Assembly (NCBI GenBank): GCA_020536535.1 | Contig: JAHLWZ010000022.1 | Span: 1-64,000, forward strand | Source of the DNA: Pelomyxa schiedti | Lineage: Eukaryota; Protista; Evosea | DNA: 64,000 nucleotides | Reading direction: 5' to 3' | Part shown: piece after piece, positions 25,934 through 38,400 of the stretch | How positions within the stretch are numbered: position 1 is the stretch's first letter | How the letters are laid out: every line of letters starts with the position of its first letter | The notes under the pieces: model-generated | Database searches by the model: none | The model's input: the letters and a program-made list of their open reading frames with translations, nothing else | Told to the model about the DNA's origin: nothing | Translations under genes and position numbers: made by a program

Positions 25934-26449
25934 ATGGCAGTATGTGACGCTTTCTTGTGTGTGCTTGTTTATTTTATTCATCTCGTTTTTAAGGCAACAG
26001 ATGCAACTGCTTTCGAGACGGCCGCGGTTGAGGTCAAGAAACTGACCAGGAAACCAACCAACACTGAATTGCTCAATCTCTATGCCCTTTACAAGCAAGG
26101 CACTGATGGCGACTGCACCACACGTAACTCCCAATTCTCTTTCTTTTGAGCAATTCGCAATTGCTTCTTGCGTACAGAGTAGTTTAGGAACTAACATCGC
26201 TTTCAAAAAACAGCTAAGCCAAGTGACGATGACATGAAGGAGTTCGCCAAGTGGGGTGCCTGGAACAAGCTGAAAGGTTTTTCTTTCATATCCTTGTGTA
26301 TTTAGCCTGACTTGAAGTAGGAAAGAAAACCAAGGAAGTTGCACAAGCTGATTGTATCGTTTCTCTTTTCGTACTTATGTTTTTTTTTACTGTGTTTAGA
26401 TGTTAAACTGGTTGCCACCCTCAAGACCAAATACGGCTACGCCGCATAG
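25934..26449 (+). CDS. ACBP: Acyl-CoA-binding protein
   Basis: FETAAVEVKKL...LLNLYALYKQGTDGDC...KWGAWNKLKG...YVKLV across short exons. Confidence 0.92.
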
Positions 26450-26516
26450 AGCGAGTTATGAAAAACAAACAAAAAAAAGAAGTGTCTACACTTTACGAAA
26501 ATTACTTTCAGTTTTA

Positions 26517-28582
26517 TTATTGAAACTCTGTCACGTGCACAAACTTTTTATGTCCGGCAGAGATACCTTGGGTCCTAAAGGGCTCAGATGAGATAGCAAA
26601 ACAAAAGCAGCCAAAGATACATACCAACAGCAGCAACAACAGGCATAGCCCTAATTGACATCACCCTCTGAATGTCCTGTGGTGAAACAGACATGTGTTT
26701 TGACCACACCTCTGCTGGGGTTAGTCGGTGCCCTTTGGACAAGAGTTGCCTTGTAGGGATTACTGGGAGTGAGGGGGAAAAAAAATGAACCTTCCTATAT
26801 CCTCACAAACTTGCCAACTAGTTGATAAGGATAGCATCGCGTGCATTGCTGCGTTGCGAGCAGCGATGTTTACTTCCTCTTGGGGGATTGGCTTTCCTGA
26901 GCCAAGCTTGTGAAACTCTCTGATAATTATCGGCAGCACCTCACGCAACTTAGAACGTGCGAGTGCCATAGAAACGCCAAAAAGTCCTGGAGAGGTCAAT
27001 TCAGATAGGTAGGGTACAGTGAGGAACCTGTGTTGGAGTAGCATGACATGAACGTATTCATTGCGTCCAGTATTTTGTTTGAGTGGCACAACAGTTTAGG
27101 CAGTGGTGATAATATTTCTGCTGGAGTCGATCTTTCAAAACCCAATCAGTTTCACGAAGAAAAAAAAAGTGGTACTACCTGTCACCAGATCCTATAACAT
27201 TTGATAACACTGAATACACAAAGAAATCCGGATCATTCATGCTGGGACCAGGCATTGCAAGAGCACTTTGAATTGTAGGATCATCTGAACATGTTGTTAG
27301 TTAGCTTCCATAACAATAATATGGTGCATGTAAAAGAAGGAAACTCACCAGCAATTGAGGCAAGAGGGTTGGTATCCATAACGACAGGGGGTTCCCCTTT
27401 AAAGATTAAGTTATCATAAATTTGGGGAAAACGAACCACAAATGGTTCCCCCAGATTTTTGAAATGCAGCAGAAGGATGGTCAGGAAGGGTATTGCTACT
27501 AACAAGATTTTTGAATAAAGAACTGGATAAATCAACAATTTCCGAGTGCTCAACAGGTCCAGCACAAGCAACTACCATACGGTTGGGGCAATAGTGTTGC
27601 TTGATATAATTGGAGAGGTCTTTGGTTGATTGAAAAAAACAGTAAGTTTTAAGCCTGTGTTGTGAGATTTTGCCGACCTGATTGCTTGATAGATAAGACA
27701 TTCTCCTTTGTGCCCAATATTGTCCTTTCCATTGTACTTCCCTTGAATGCCACGCTATGAACCCAATCCATAACAACTTCTTCTGGTTGACCATTAACCT
27801 GATCCAAATTCAGGCAATAAAAATTACATAAATGACATGCCTCCTCCATTTCCCGCAATATAACTTGTCTTTCAAACTCTATTTGATCTTTCCTGGAAAA
27901 AATATTATTGATGACTGTGAACAACAAATAATTACCCAAGGATAGGATTTTGGATAATATCTGCCAGGATTGTCAAGGCTTGAGGAATGCCACTTGGTAG
28001 AACTGATGCGTGATACACTGTATGATCTCGTGATGTATAGGCACCAAGTTTAGCACCCATGGACTCAACTTCACGTTCCAATTCTTTTTGAGATCGAGAA
28101 TGTGTACCCTGTTTCCTTTGAGTGTTGTAATGGGGCATTTATAGTGGGTAACCTTGAATGCCATATGTTCTAAAAAATGAGCAGTTCCGTTATTCTCAGC
28201 AGTCTCGTACATACTCCCAGCATCCAGCCACAACCCTATGCAAGACATTCCCTTGTTCCTAAAGAAACCCGTTGTTTCACAAAGAGTAACAAAGGAAGGT
28301 TGGTACCTCGTTTTACACACATTTTTTGTGAAGCAACTCTCAAACCTAAAACACGAAAACCAATAAGAACAGCGCTCACTGTATAAAAAGGGGAAAAAAA
28401 AAAAAAAAAAAACCGTTGGACAAAGTCGTCACCCTGGTGGGTTCGACTCTCAGCAACGAATCTGGGGGCGAAGATGAGCGCCTCCTCCGCGGCGTCCAAT
28501 CTGCCATTCTTCGTTCTGCATATCTTGGTTGCGACAACAACAGCGCCGGCCCTACTGGTCGCCACCCGTTCCACTGTTGCAT
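26517..28582 (-). CDS. Mitochondrial processing peptidase beta subunit (M16 family)
   Basis: TRVTTLSNG|[33 protein letters not shown] (intact HxxEH), [19 protein letters not shown]; start uncertain. Confidence 0.85.
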
Positions 28583-29158
28583 CTGCAGAAAGCGATTTAT
28601 GAGGGTAATCAACCTGGGATCAATTATGTGAAGAGTGGATAGTCCTATCCCAGAGGAAATGGGTGTCTGTTTAACAACAGCTTATGAAGTGATGGCTGAC
28701 TTCAGGGAATCTCGGGATGCTGCCCTGGGGCGCCAAGTTGGACACACTAATTAGGGCCATTCACAGGAACCAGCGAGTTCAAGTTAATGGGCACCAACCA
28801 ACCGCCCCACCTTATAAACCCCCTAGGTCAGTATCCTGTAGAAAGTTGACAAAGTTGGGTGCTGTGAAGACAGCATCATTGTTTAGCCTCTTTCTATCCC
28901 AGTAGCGCGACGTTGTGCAACATTAACCCCTATACAACTTGCTCCCTGCTGGAAAGAATTCTGGACCACTGTAACCTTTCTTTTTGCCTGCTTTCGAGCA
29001 AATGCTTCAGTGGCTTTTCACGAGCTGAATGAAAGAGAGCCAATTTCCCATCCACTGGACACATTGCCAGAAAAAGAACACAAGTGCGTTTCGGTAACAA
29101 GCACACAAAACCGGCTCAGTAACTCCAGAATATGGTGCAAGGGTGTTTTAAGTTCAGT

Positions 29159-29814
29159 TCACTGGTTTTTCTTTTTCTCCTGCTGATTCTTTCCTTTCTT
29201 CGCCTTCGCCTTTGCCTTTGCCTTTGTGGCGACGCCTGCAGAATCCACCGGCTTAATATCTTTTTTCCCGCTGTCACTCACGGCACTATCAGGGCTAGTC
29301 ACCAATGAAATCAACCTAAAAATAACCACAAGAGAACCGCATCAGTATCCCATCAAACACCAATCAAACAGATTTCAACCAAAACGCCAGGCACAGCAAC
29401 TGCCCAACTCGACACAATACATCACACCAACACAACATACCATATAGTAGATAGGTACAGGCACAGAGTGAGACCCAGTAGCACAAGTGCGTGGGTTCTT
29501 ACACTGGAACCCCCAAATGCCAGCATGCTCCCCAACACGACAAACAACAGCCAGCAAGTCACGTGCACTGCCTGCACCAGCTGCGTCGGTATCCCTGTGT
29601 GTGTGTGGTGTGAGAATGTGTGTTGATAGACGTGGTGATCACACTACTACTACTACACACCAGGGGTCACAGCTGAGCTGATGAACTTGAACACCCAGCT
29701 CTCGTTCTCGGTTGTGGTCGTGGGTGCATCCGTGGGTGTGGCTGATGTCGTGGTGGTGGTGGTGGATGTTGTGGACGACGAGGATGGTGACTGGGCTTCG
29801 CTGGGCGACGACAT
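29159..29814 (-). CDS. Pkr1-like ER membrane protein (V-ATPase assembly factor family)
   Basis: Spliced WVFKFISSAVTPG|IPTQLVQAVHVTCWLLFVVLGSML...THALVLLGLTLCLYLSTI|WLISLV: two TMs, TPG and conserved His; Lys-rich tail. Confidence 0.65.
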
Positions 29815-30147
29815 TGTTTGATTGGACGAATCTGGTGGAAGCTGGTCATACTCCAGCTGGAGCAGTGGGGGTCCTTCTTCTTTGCCCGTCGCAGTGCTGG
29901 GAAAGAGCACAGGGCATTCACTCCCCTGTGTCTTCACTTCACTGAGGAGATTGGGACCAGATCCAGAATGAGCACATTACAACCCAATTAAAAGAAAAAA
30001 GGAAAAAAAAAACACCACAGTAGAACCGTGTCGCGCAACACCGAAAGGGAGCAAACACAAGCGACAACAACACAAGCAATAAAGCAGATAACCGTAACCG
30101 AACAAAGGGGGGTAGTCACCGTACACAACAAAACCCAAGCCGAGTGC

Positions 30148-30733
30148 ATGAGCGCCACCATCCAAAACCTTTCTACAAAAGGTACACACCTACCTCGTTC
30201 GCTCTTCTTTTTTTTTTTTTTTTAAACATTGTCTTTGTAGACCCATTTGCGGATGCGGACTTGAACTTTGGAGGGCCCGGAGCGGGGAAAATACGTGCGT
30301 ATTTATTGAATATCGTTGTTAATTTACTTTACGATGGAGTAGCAAGTTCACTTACTGGGAAAAACAGATATTCGTATACAACAGCGTAATGGCAAGAAGT
30401 CACTGACAACCGTGACTGGCTTACCGGACGACTTGGACCACGCAAGAATTTTGAAGGCCTTCAAGAAGGTAGAAATAGACATTAATGCGAATTATAGAAC
30501 GCTTCATAATAAACTATTTCTGTTCTCGAATCAACTTAACAAAATCCAAACCTACATCCATTACTCATGAACTGACATACTTCAAGTTGTTCTCCTGCAA
30601 CGGATCCATTGTCCAAGACGAGAAGGCCGGCACTGTCATCCAGCTTCAAGGTGACCACAGGCAGCACGTCTGTGAATTTTTGACCTCAGAGGGAATTGCT
30701 GACAGGGGCAGCATTGCCATTCACGGTTTCTAA
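30148..30733 (+). CDS. eIF1: Translation initiation factor eIF1 (SUI1)
   Basis: DPFADA, IRIQQRNGKKSLTTVTGL, FSCNG, VIQLQGDHR, IHGF. Confidence 0.95.
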
Positions 30734-30862
30734 AGAATCAACCCAAGTCACCAACCAACAGTTAATAACACTCAATTAACTAAGCAACAATAAAACTGTT
30801 GTTACCTCTACATTCTATTCTTTTTTTTTTTGTTTTAGTTTTTGGGTAAAAGCTCATGTCTA

Positions 30863-32038
30863 TCATGAGTTGTTGTCATACTCCGGCCTCAGCCTCTCAG
30901 CTATCTTCATAGCAGAGGAAATATCACCAACCTGGTAGTAGTGGTGCTGCGCGCTGCGTAGTTGCTCCTGGTGCCTCATGGCCTCCTTCTTCTCCTCATC
31001 CATCTGTGCAAACTCCCGCAGCAGAAGCTCCCTCCTGGCAGCTTCTTTCTCCCTCTCGGCCTCTGCCCGCTTGGCATCCTCGTCCCTGAACTCCTTTATC
31101 TCTGCTGACACTGCGGCGCTTCCTTTCTTGGCCAGCTTGGCCGCCCGCTTGCGGTCCCATTTCTCCACGTCGTAGTATTTGCTGCTGGGCAGGGTGCAAG
31201 TGTTGAAGTCCTCGACGAATGTGCTCCAGAGCTCGGCTTCCTCGTGCCGGTTGAGGCCCTCGCGGTTGATTCCCTTTACCTCAGCAAGCCACGAGTGGAA
31301 TTCCAGCTGCTTGGACCACCGGTCAGAGTCCCTCAGAACCCCCATTGCCCCCCACTGCATGGTACACACCCCGGCGTTCTTATCTGGCTTTTTGTCCTTG
31401 TCCTTGCTCTTCTTCTTTTTCCTCTTGTCCTTCTTTTTGTCCTTGTCCTTGTCCTTTCCCTTGTCTTTGGCGTGGTGGTGATGGTGGTGGTGGTGGTGAT
31501 GCTTGTGCTTTGACTTTGACTTGTGCTTGTGTGTCCCATGATGGTGCCTGCTCCCTTTCCCACCGCTGCTCCCACTACCGCTGCTGCTGCTATCGCCGCT
31601 CCCGCTCCCGCTCCCACTCCCGCTCTCACTGTCGCTGTCGCTGTCGGCGGTGCTTGATTTGTCCCTGCGGGTGGGCTCCCCGCCCTCGCTGGGTCCTCCC
31701 GCGCATTTGGGCGCCGCAGCCGCAGCCGCTGCCTCGCCTCGGCCGGGGCTCTCCGCCCGTGCAGCGCGCCGCGCGGGCGGGGTCGGGCTTGGCAGAGGGG
31801 GGGCCTCCACACGTGGCTTCTTGGTCGCGCTGCTCGTGGGGCGGTCACTACTACCGCCAGCAGCAGCAGCAGGGGACGGGGAGCGGGAGCCTCCTCGGCT
31901 ACGGTGTGAGTGGGGGGGCCTCGGAGGGGGCGTTCGGCTGCGACTGCGGCTTGTGCTGCGCAGGGGTGACGTCGCTCTCTTGCGATCGGTACTCCGCTCT
32001 TTACCGCACGGGCTCGATCCAACGTCACGGGCAGCCAT
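30863..32038 (-). CDS. Conserved Arg/Ser/Lys/His-rich putative nucleic-acid-binding protein
   Basis: Intronless; RS-rich and poly-His N-half; conserved-looking block WGAMGVLRDSDRWSKQLEFHSWLAEVK...FVEDFNTCTLPSSKYYD. Confidence 0.75.
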   Translation of the reverse strand: MAARDVGSSPCGKERSTDRKRATSPLRSTSRSRSRTPPPRPPHSHRSRGGSRSPSPAAAAGGSSDRPTSSATKKPRVEAPPLPSPTPPARRAARAESPGRGEAAAAAAAPKCAGGPSEGGEPTRRDKSSTADSDSDSESGSGSGSGSGDSSSSGSGSSGGKGSRHHHGTHKHKSKSKHKHHHHHHHHHHAKDKGKDKDKDKKKDKRKKKKSKDKDKKPDKNAGVCTMQWGAMGVLRDSDRWSKQLEFHSWLAEVKGINREGLNRHEEAELWSTFVEDFNTCTLPSSKYYDVEKWDRKRAAKLAKKGSAAVSAEIKEFRDEDAKRAEAEREKEAARRELLLREFAQMDEEKKEAMRHQEQLRSAQHHYYQVGDISSAMKIAERLRPEYDNNS

Positions 32039-32164
32039 GGTTTCTCGACAATCAATTTTGTTTCTCCGAAGGTGTGCAAAATCCATTGGTCGAAGAAAGC
32101 AAGTGGAACAGGGGAAAAAAGTGGTGCTTTTTTGGGCAACTCTTGCTTGGTGGGATTGGGGTGT

Positions 32165-35100
32165 TCAGCCATCATACTGAGCCATCAACTTCCTCACAAC
32201 CTTTACGGCAGCATCACCGCGCGTGACTCGCGACAGTACCTCAGCAATTTGCAGCTCAAGTGGGCAGTACTCCAAAAACCCCAGAACATCATCCAAGTTT
32301 TCAGAACGGGATTTGGAGTAGCCAACAAGGAGGGTTTTCACTCTTTCAATCTATTGGCCACGGTTATCACAGAGAGTGGCGGGTGCAGAATGTTTACACA
32401 CTTGGTTAAGGGTTGCTTTCTCTTTCTTTGTGGCTTCTTTTAGCAATTCCTGGGCACCCTCAGCCGTCAAAGGTACATGCTCTGCAAGATACTGTAGTTC
32501 TGGTGTAGCCTCAATTAGCGCGGTATATCTCACCATATGTATCCCCTCAGTGGCAGGTAATTGTTCAGCAAGCTTGACAATTCTGCCCTTCTCAGGGCCC
32601 ATAGCTGTGTGGTTTCCAAGGTTGATATTAAACGCTCAAGAGACTGCATTACCTGCCGTATATCTCGCGAGTTTCGCGGTTGGCCCAGAGTCGTAGTGGG
32701 ATGTTGGTGGGGGGCGTTTTCTCGAACCTGCATTGGAATTGAGAGGGAAGACTTGAATTTGTTTGCGGAGTTGTTACAAATTGCATGAAGAGCTGGTTGC
32801 ACTCGTACAATGCTCTTAAAGTAGCTCTGGACTCTGGGTCCTTTAAAGTGCTGTGTGAGCATTGCTAATACCTCTGTGCCAAATAACTCTTTCGTGGCAA
32901 CTTGCCCAAGAATCACCAAGTCACAATGTGTGGGGATCCCTATCACATAATTTGATTGAGTGCTCGGTGCTTCGCTCAGTGACTACCCGGAAAAAAATGT
33001 GTGAGTGGAGGTTAGATGGATTGAGGTATGTACAAGTTCGTCTTTTGAAAGTATCCACCTCCTCTCAGTGTACCCACTTTGGAGAACAATCGCAGAGCAA
33101 TTTTGATGCTTCATGATATTTTCTATTGTTGGTGCCAGTTGTGTGGAGGCAAACACCAAAGTGAAGTGCACCAGTGCTGTATTCTTTCCGTTTCTTGGGG
33201 TATAGAGACCTTTTTGGACTTCTTCACGAATATCAGGCCAGGACGTTGGCTTAGTTTTGGCTGCCGTACTGCCTTGAATGTTTTTGAAAGCAAACTCGAG
33301 GATGTGTGTTATCTTTGAAGTAGGATCTCCAAACACGAGCACATCCGTGGGATTAACAGAGAGAGGAATGAGCAAGTCGGAGCTGTGTGACTGAGGAGAC
33401 GATGGAAGCAGAACGTGATTTAGGTATTGCTCTTGAAGTTTGTTGAGGAATAGATCCCAGTCCTTTGGGTTGAATGAATTTTCTGTTGGAGAGCCAATTG
33501 TAGTTTGGCTGTTGATAGAGGGGCAAACAGCAAGTGGGAACAAGTGCGGAGAGTCAGCAACTGCTGCTTCAATGTGCACTGAGCCAAGCACTGTGCCGTT
33601 GAGGCAAGGCAAGGCACACCCTAGATTGTGTCGTTGGTCTAAAAGCAGGCGTGCCGCAATAACTTCAGTGCTAATGAGTTCGAATATCCTTCCTTGGTCC
33701 AGTACCGGAGGCGCACTTTGAAGCAAACTCAGCAGGTTCCACAAAGGCACTGAAAGGGGGGAACTCTTCTCTTTCGTCCTTGCAATCCAATATGCAGAAA
33801 AAACTGGTTTAAAGCCACTCCCATCTGGCGTTATATAACACGGAAAAACAGATAGAATATCCGCAACTTCTTCTGACGGTATCACCGCATCCAGAACCGC
33901 TTTGAAAGGCAGGAACATAACAAATAAGAGGCACATAAACAAATGACTCCATACCAAGATGTAAAAGTGTAGTCTCATGCATGTCAAGCTCTTCAATGCT
34001 AGCCCTGCCACATGATGCTTCAGTCACAATTGTTGTGTCCGACGTTATGTTGGAACCAAACTCGGTGGAGGGTGCAAGGAGAGCCTCGACCTCCTCAGCA
34101 TCGAGCAGGCAAGTGGCATGTACTTTTGCATGTGCCAACAGATGAGTATACATCCTCTGGATTATCCGTGGTATGCCTCCACTTAATTTGAAGACAACCT
34201 TGGCAATGGGCCGGAAATCTTCCTCGGGCAGAAACTCACTTATCGGTGTGGCTCGTAAAATTGTTTCAATGTAGTTTTCCTTTTTGTGTGAATTTGAATG
34301 AATGGGGATGGGTGAGTTACATGTAATGCACCAAGACCTAAGTACCGCAATCGGAGAGGGGAAGTAAGGGACTTCTGGAGGGCAATCTGCACTAGTTTCC
34401 AACTTTTACCACAGATAAAGAAGGTCACCTATTAAATATCATATTGCGGTTGCTCTCAGGAATGCCTCAAACCTTGAATTTAGACCAAAAGAGTACTTGT
34501 GAAATGAAATAAAATAGACTGTCATAACAGTTCTCAGGGGGAATGTGAAATTTCGCTTGCACGTGGGCAGACTCAAGTGCCCCTATCTCATCCAAACAGA
34601 TGACCCAGTACCCCTCATAATTATCCGTCAAAATCTGAAGAAAAGTTAATCATTCGTTTTTCAGTGTTGTTTGGAATAACCTTGTTAAGATGTACCAAAG
34701 TGCTGCAAGATTTATCATTGAACACTTCCTGTGCATTCACACCCTCCTTAGCTTTGGACGCCAGTGCACATGCAAGTGAATCCTCGAAGCTCGCTCCTGG
34801 GATTGCGTCGAGCTTTGCCATGTCCATCAAGATTGTACGCGCCTGAGAGAATTGGTCCACATCCTTTTCAGTGAACACTAGACTGCGCAGTAATTTAAGA
34901 TCACATCGGCTGTCCTTAGGATCAACAGCGGGATTGTTCAGTAAGTTCTGAGTTGGAAAAACAACAAGCAATCAGTGCCTTTGCATTTATGCCTGCCTCC
35001 AGTACCTGCGTGATCGGGCCACGTGATTCGAAATCTTGCCTCAGATAAGGGATTGCATTTTTAGCAAAGTACGTCTTCCCCGACCCAAAGAGTTGCGCGG

Positions 35101-35296
35101 TGAACAACACAATAGGTTTTTCTTCACCCTCTCCTTTCCTGTACGCTAACTCATTTTCCCGTGCCACTCGCACCAGCAACTCAATTTCGATGTTTCTATC
35201 CACAAAAGGTAGTCGTGGTGATGTAGCGCAATCATCCCGATGCGACGCAGTGGTACTGGTACTTGTGGTTGCCTGCGTGACGCACGACATCGACAT
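32165..35296 (-). CDS. Crinkler/RHS-type P-loop NTPase with putative C-terminal PD-(D/E)xK nuclease
   Basis: LPFVDR, Walker A AQLFGSGKT, Walker B ICLDEIG (~34600-34580, after a GT-AG intron), LSGGIPRII, then SHSSDLL...LEFAFKN...IREEVQK. Confidence 0.65.
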
Positions 35297-35328
35297 CTTA
35301 TCTCTAAAACGAACTTTCTAAGCCTCCC

Positions 35329-35348
35329 GATTCAAGTCGACTTGAATC
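35329..35348. repeat. Perfect 20-bp palindrome GATTCAAGTCGACTTGAATC
   Basis: Self-reverse-complementary; ~33 bp upstream of the ATG at 35296(-). Confidence 0.9.
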
Positions 35349-35490
35349 AGATGTTCGATAAATAATTACTGGCAGGTACGTTGGGGTTCTAAGGGAGACA
35401 CCAAAAATTAATTGTTTCGGAGAAACTAGTTTTGGAACGAGTCGTTAGGCCGGTCCTTTTCAGCTGTGGGTTTTGGTTGTTGTGGTTGTG

Positions 35491-38400
35491 TCAGTGATTG
35501 CGAAGAAGGAAGTCCAAGGATCGTAGAACTTGTGCGTCAGTGAGGGGGACAAAGGGCACTAGTGAGTGTGTGTCTTTGGTCTCGGGGGGAAGCTGTGCCT
35601 GTGACGAATATGGTAGCCCCAGGCGGAATCTTTCGAGAAATGGTGATACCGGGTGTGATTGGCCGGCCATGGTGCACATTTGGGTGTACCACTCGGAGTA
35701 GGTGGGGATTGTGACGGAATCGGGGGTGCGGCTTTGCAGAAGCCGCAACAGAGTTCCGATTCCTACATTCATTCCGGCAATGGAATATGTTCTTGTCGTT
35801 GGTGCTGCTGGAGTGTCGGTTGCGGTTGATGTGCTGGCGTTATTGACGGTGGTGCTGGGTGCGGGAGGATTGAAGTGCGTGGTGACAGTTTGGAGAATGA
35901 CTTTGGTGCAGTAGTCAACTGGAACCATGTTTATATTCCGGGATTCACAGAGCGATGAGGGAGGGGGGTAGAGCTTGAACTCTGATACGGCGAGCAGGAA
36001 GCGTTGAAGCCAGTCCTTAGTGTTTACTTCTCCTGTTTGTGTGTTGCCGCAAATAAGAGCTGGCCTAAATACATTGAGCCGCCAATTACTTGGCATAATG
36101 CTACGGCATGACTGTATGAGAGTGTCGGATGCCCACTGGGAAAGAATAAGTTAACAGGAGTTGTTGATATTGAGAAATATTGCGTACTTTTGAACTGCTA
36201 TACCCACTTCGTGTCAAGTGTTGTGGTGAGTATACCGCACTGGAAGAGACAAAAAATACAGGCTTCAGTTTGTGCCGTACTGCCAGGGACATTATATCAT
36301 AGACAGGCCTTACATTTGACTGGTAGAGGTCATTGTATGGAAGGAAGTGGTTTACGTTGCTGGCAGAGTGGAATATTGCATCACAGTCACGGCACAGACC
36401 ATCAAACTCTTCCTCAGATAGACCAAAATGAGGGAGGCGCATATCCCCATGAATAATTTGAACCCTTTTATCTGACTTCGCTAAGCAGCTTACTCTGTCT
36501 GGTGTGGGAGAGTTTGTGGAGCGCACAATGCAGTGAATTACAGTAGATGGAAATTGGGACAATAAATCCAGAAGTAGGTTATATCCCAGGAAGCCTGTGG
36601 CTCCCGTGAGAATTGCAGAGTTCAATACGGTGGTAGATTGTGTGGCACCACAGCTTTTCAGCTCATTTTTAACGTGCTGATGGAGACTTTCCAAATCTTT
36701 AGAGATATCAACAGGTCCATCTGCGGAGGCAACTGTTGGCTTCAGGGATGCCAACGGTGAATTCAGAAGTTCGTCGTATGACACTGATATTGCCTGTGAC
36801 TGTAGCAGGCTCATTACTCTTACAGCGGACAAAGAGTCACCCCCAAGTTGTGAAAAACTGATATCTGGGGAAAACCGGTTTTTCAGAACTGATTTTATTG
36901 CATGCTTCACATATAACGAGTCAAGCTCTGATCTATACCGTGCCACAAAAGCTCTCCTGCATACTTTATTTGCCTCCGTAAGTAACCCATCTGCTGATGT
37001 CCATTCACTGGTTAAGTAATCAACATAAACGGCAGAAGGAACTTCATAAGATCGAAGACTGTTTTCTTTGGCTATGGTATGGAATTCCGAGAGAATTGTT
37101 TCTTCAAGAGGAGGAGTAAGGTCGGATGTGTGACTGGGGGAATCCCTTGTAGGAGGTGTCACACGGGGCAACACAATGGCTACAACTGAAGATTTAAAGG
37201 AATCGGCGTATATAAAGACACTCTTTACATGTCCAGCACGGGAGTACAGCAATTCAAGGCGTCCTAACTCAACAAACTCTCCTTGACTCAGTTTGGTAAC
37301 ATTAGTGCGGCGATCTATCACACGCAGGAAAGAGCCATCCCATTCACCAATATCTCCAGTACCAAACCATTCTGGCATTGCGGAACTGTTGAGGTACCCG
37401 TCTGAGCGCATATTGGAACGTTGTACATGAATTTCCCCCTGAGGGTTCGGCGAATTGACACTGTAACCTGAATGGAGTGAAACTTAGCGGAAAGAAGAGG
37501 AAAGCTAACCAAGTTCGGGAACAGAGACCAGCTTGAGGGGAACTGATACGCGACCGTTTTGTGCAATAGAACCAACTTCTGTTGACCCATAGCCTTCATT
37601 TATGGCGATTTTCAGTGTTCGGCGAAGGAAGCGCTTCATCTTCGGAGTGACGGGTGCTGATGTAACCTTCATACTTGATAGACGATCCCCTAGAACATAA
37701 CGCATGCGCCTCCTTGCCTCACGCTTAATACTGCTTGGTTCTGCCCCAGGGGTATTTACAAGTGAAGCTAACTGCGAGTCGTACATCGAGCGGATGACAT
37801 CACATATTCGGGGAACTGGCGTGAATGCCGTGGGTCGAAAGGCCTTAACTTCCTCAAAAAATCTCGACGAGTCCTTGCAGGGGAAATATAAGTGTCCCCC
37901 ATTAAAAGAGGCAATGTAGATATCTGAACGCCCAGCAGTGTGACTGAGTGGAAGGTAGGCATACAAAATCGCGTTTTTCAGTGTTAAAGGAAACTTCATG
38001 AATTTGCACCACTTTTCTTCAGTGAATAAAACTCCTTTTGGTCTTCCAGTACTACCACTTGTATATAGGATATTGGATAAGGCAGAGGGTTCTGTGCTGA
38101 CTGCAGTAAATGAATTTTCTGTTGGTTCTCCTTCCTAATAAGTATAAGGGATAACAATTTGGATGGGACTACCTTGACCAGTTGCTGGAAAGTTACAGTT
38201 GGAAATCCCTCTGGAGGTGCAGCTGTGTCATCAAGCAGTACAAGTAATGGAGACGTGCCTTCAGCACCCTTCAATGCTTCCAGTATACTTGGCAGGCAAG
38301 AAGATGACACGAATAGTGCATTTATTTTTGATTCATGAATAATGAAGCCAAGATCACTGACAGGCAAGACCGTTTGTATAGGAACAAACACCATTGATCC

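Noticed and set aside
32165-35296. Broken ORFs suggesting a pseudogene or programmed frameshifts
   Set aside because: The breaks I checked coincide with canonical short GT-AG introns that restore the frame
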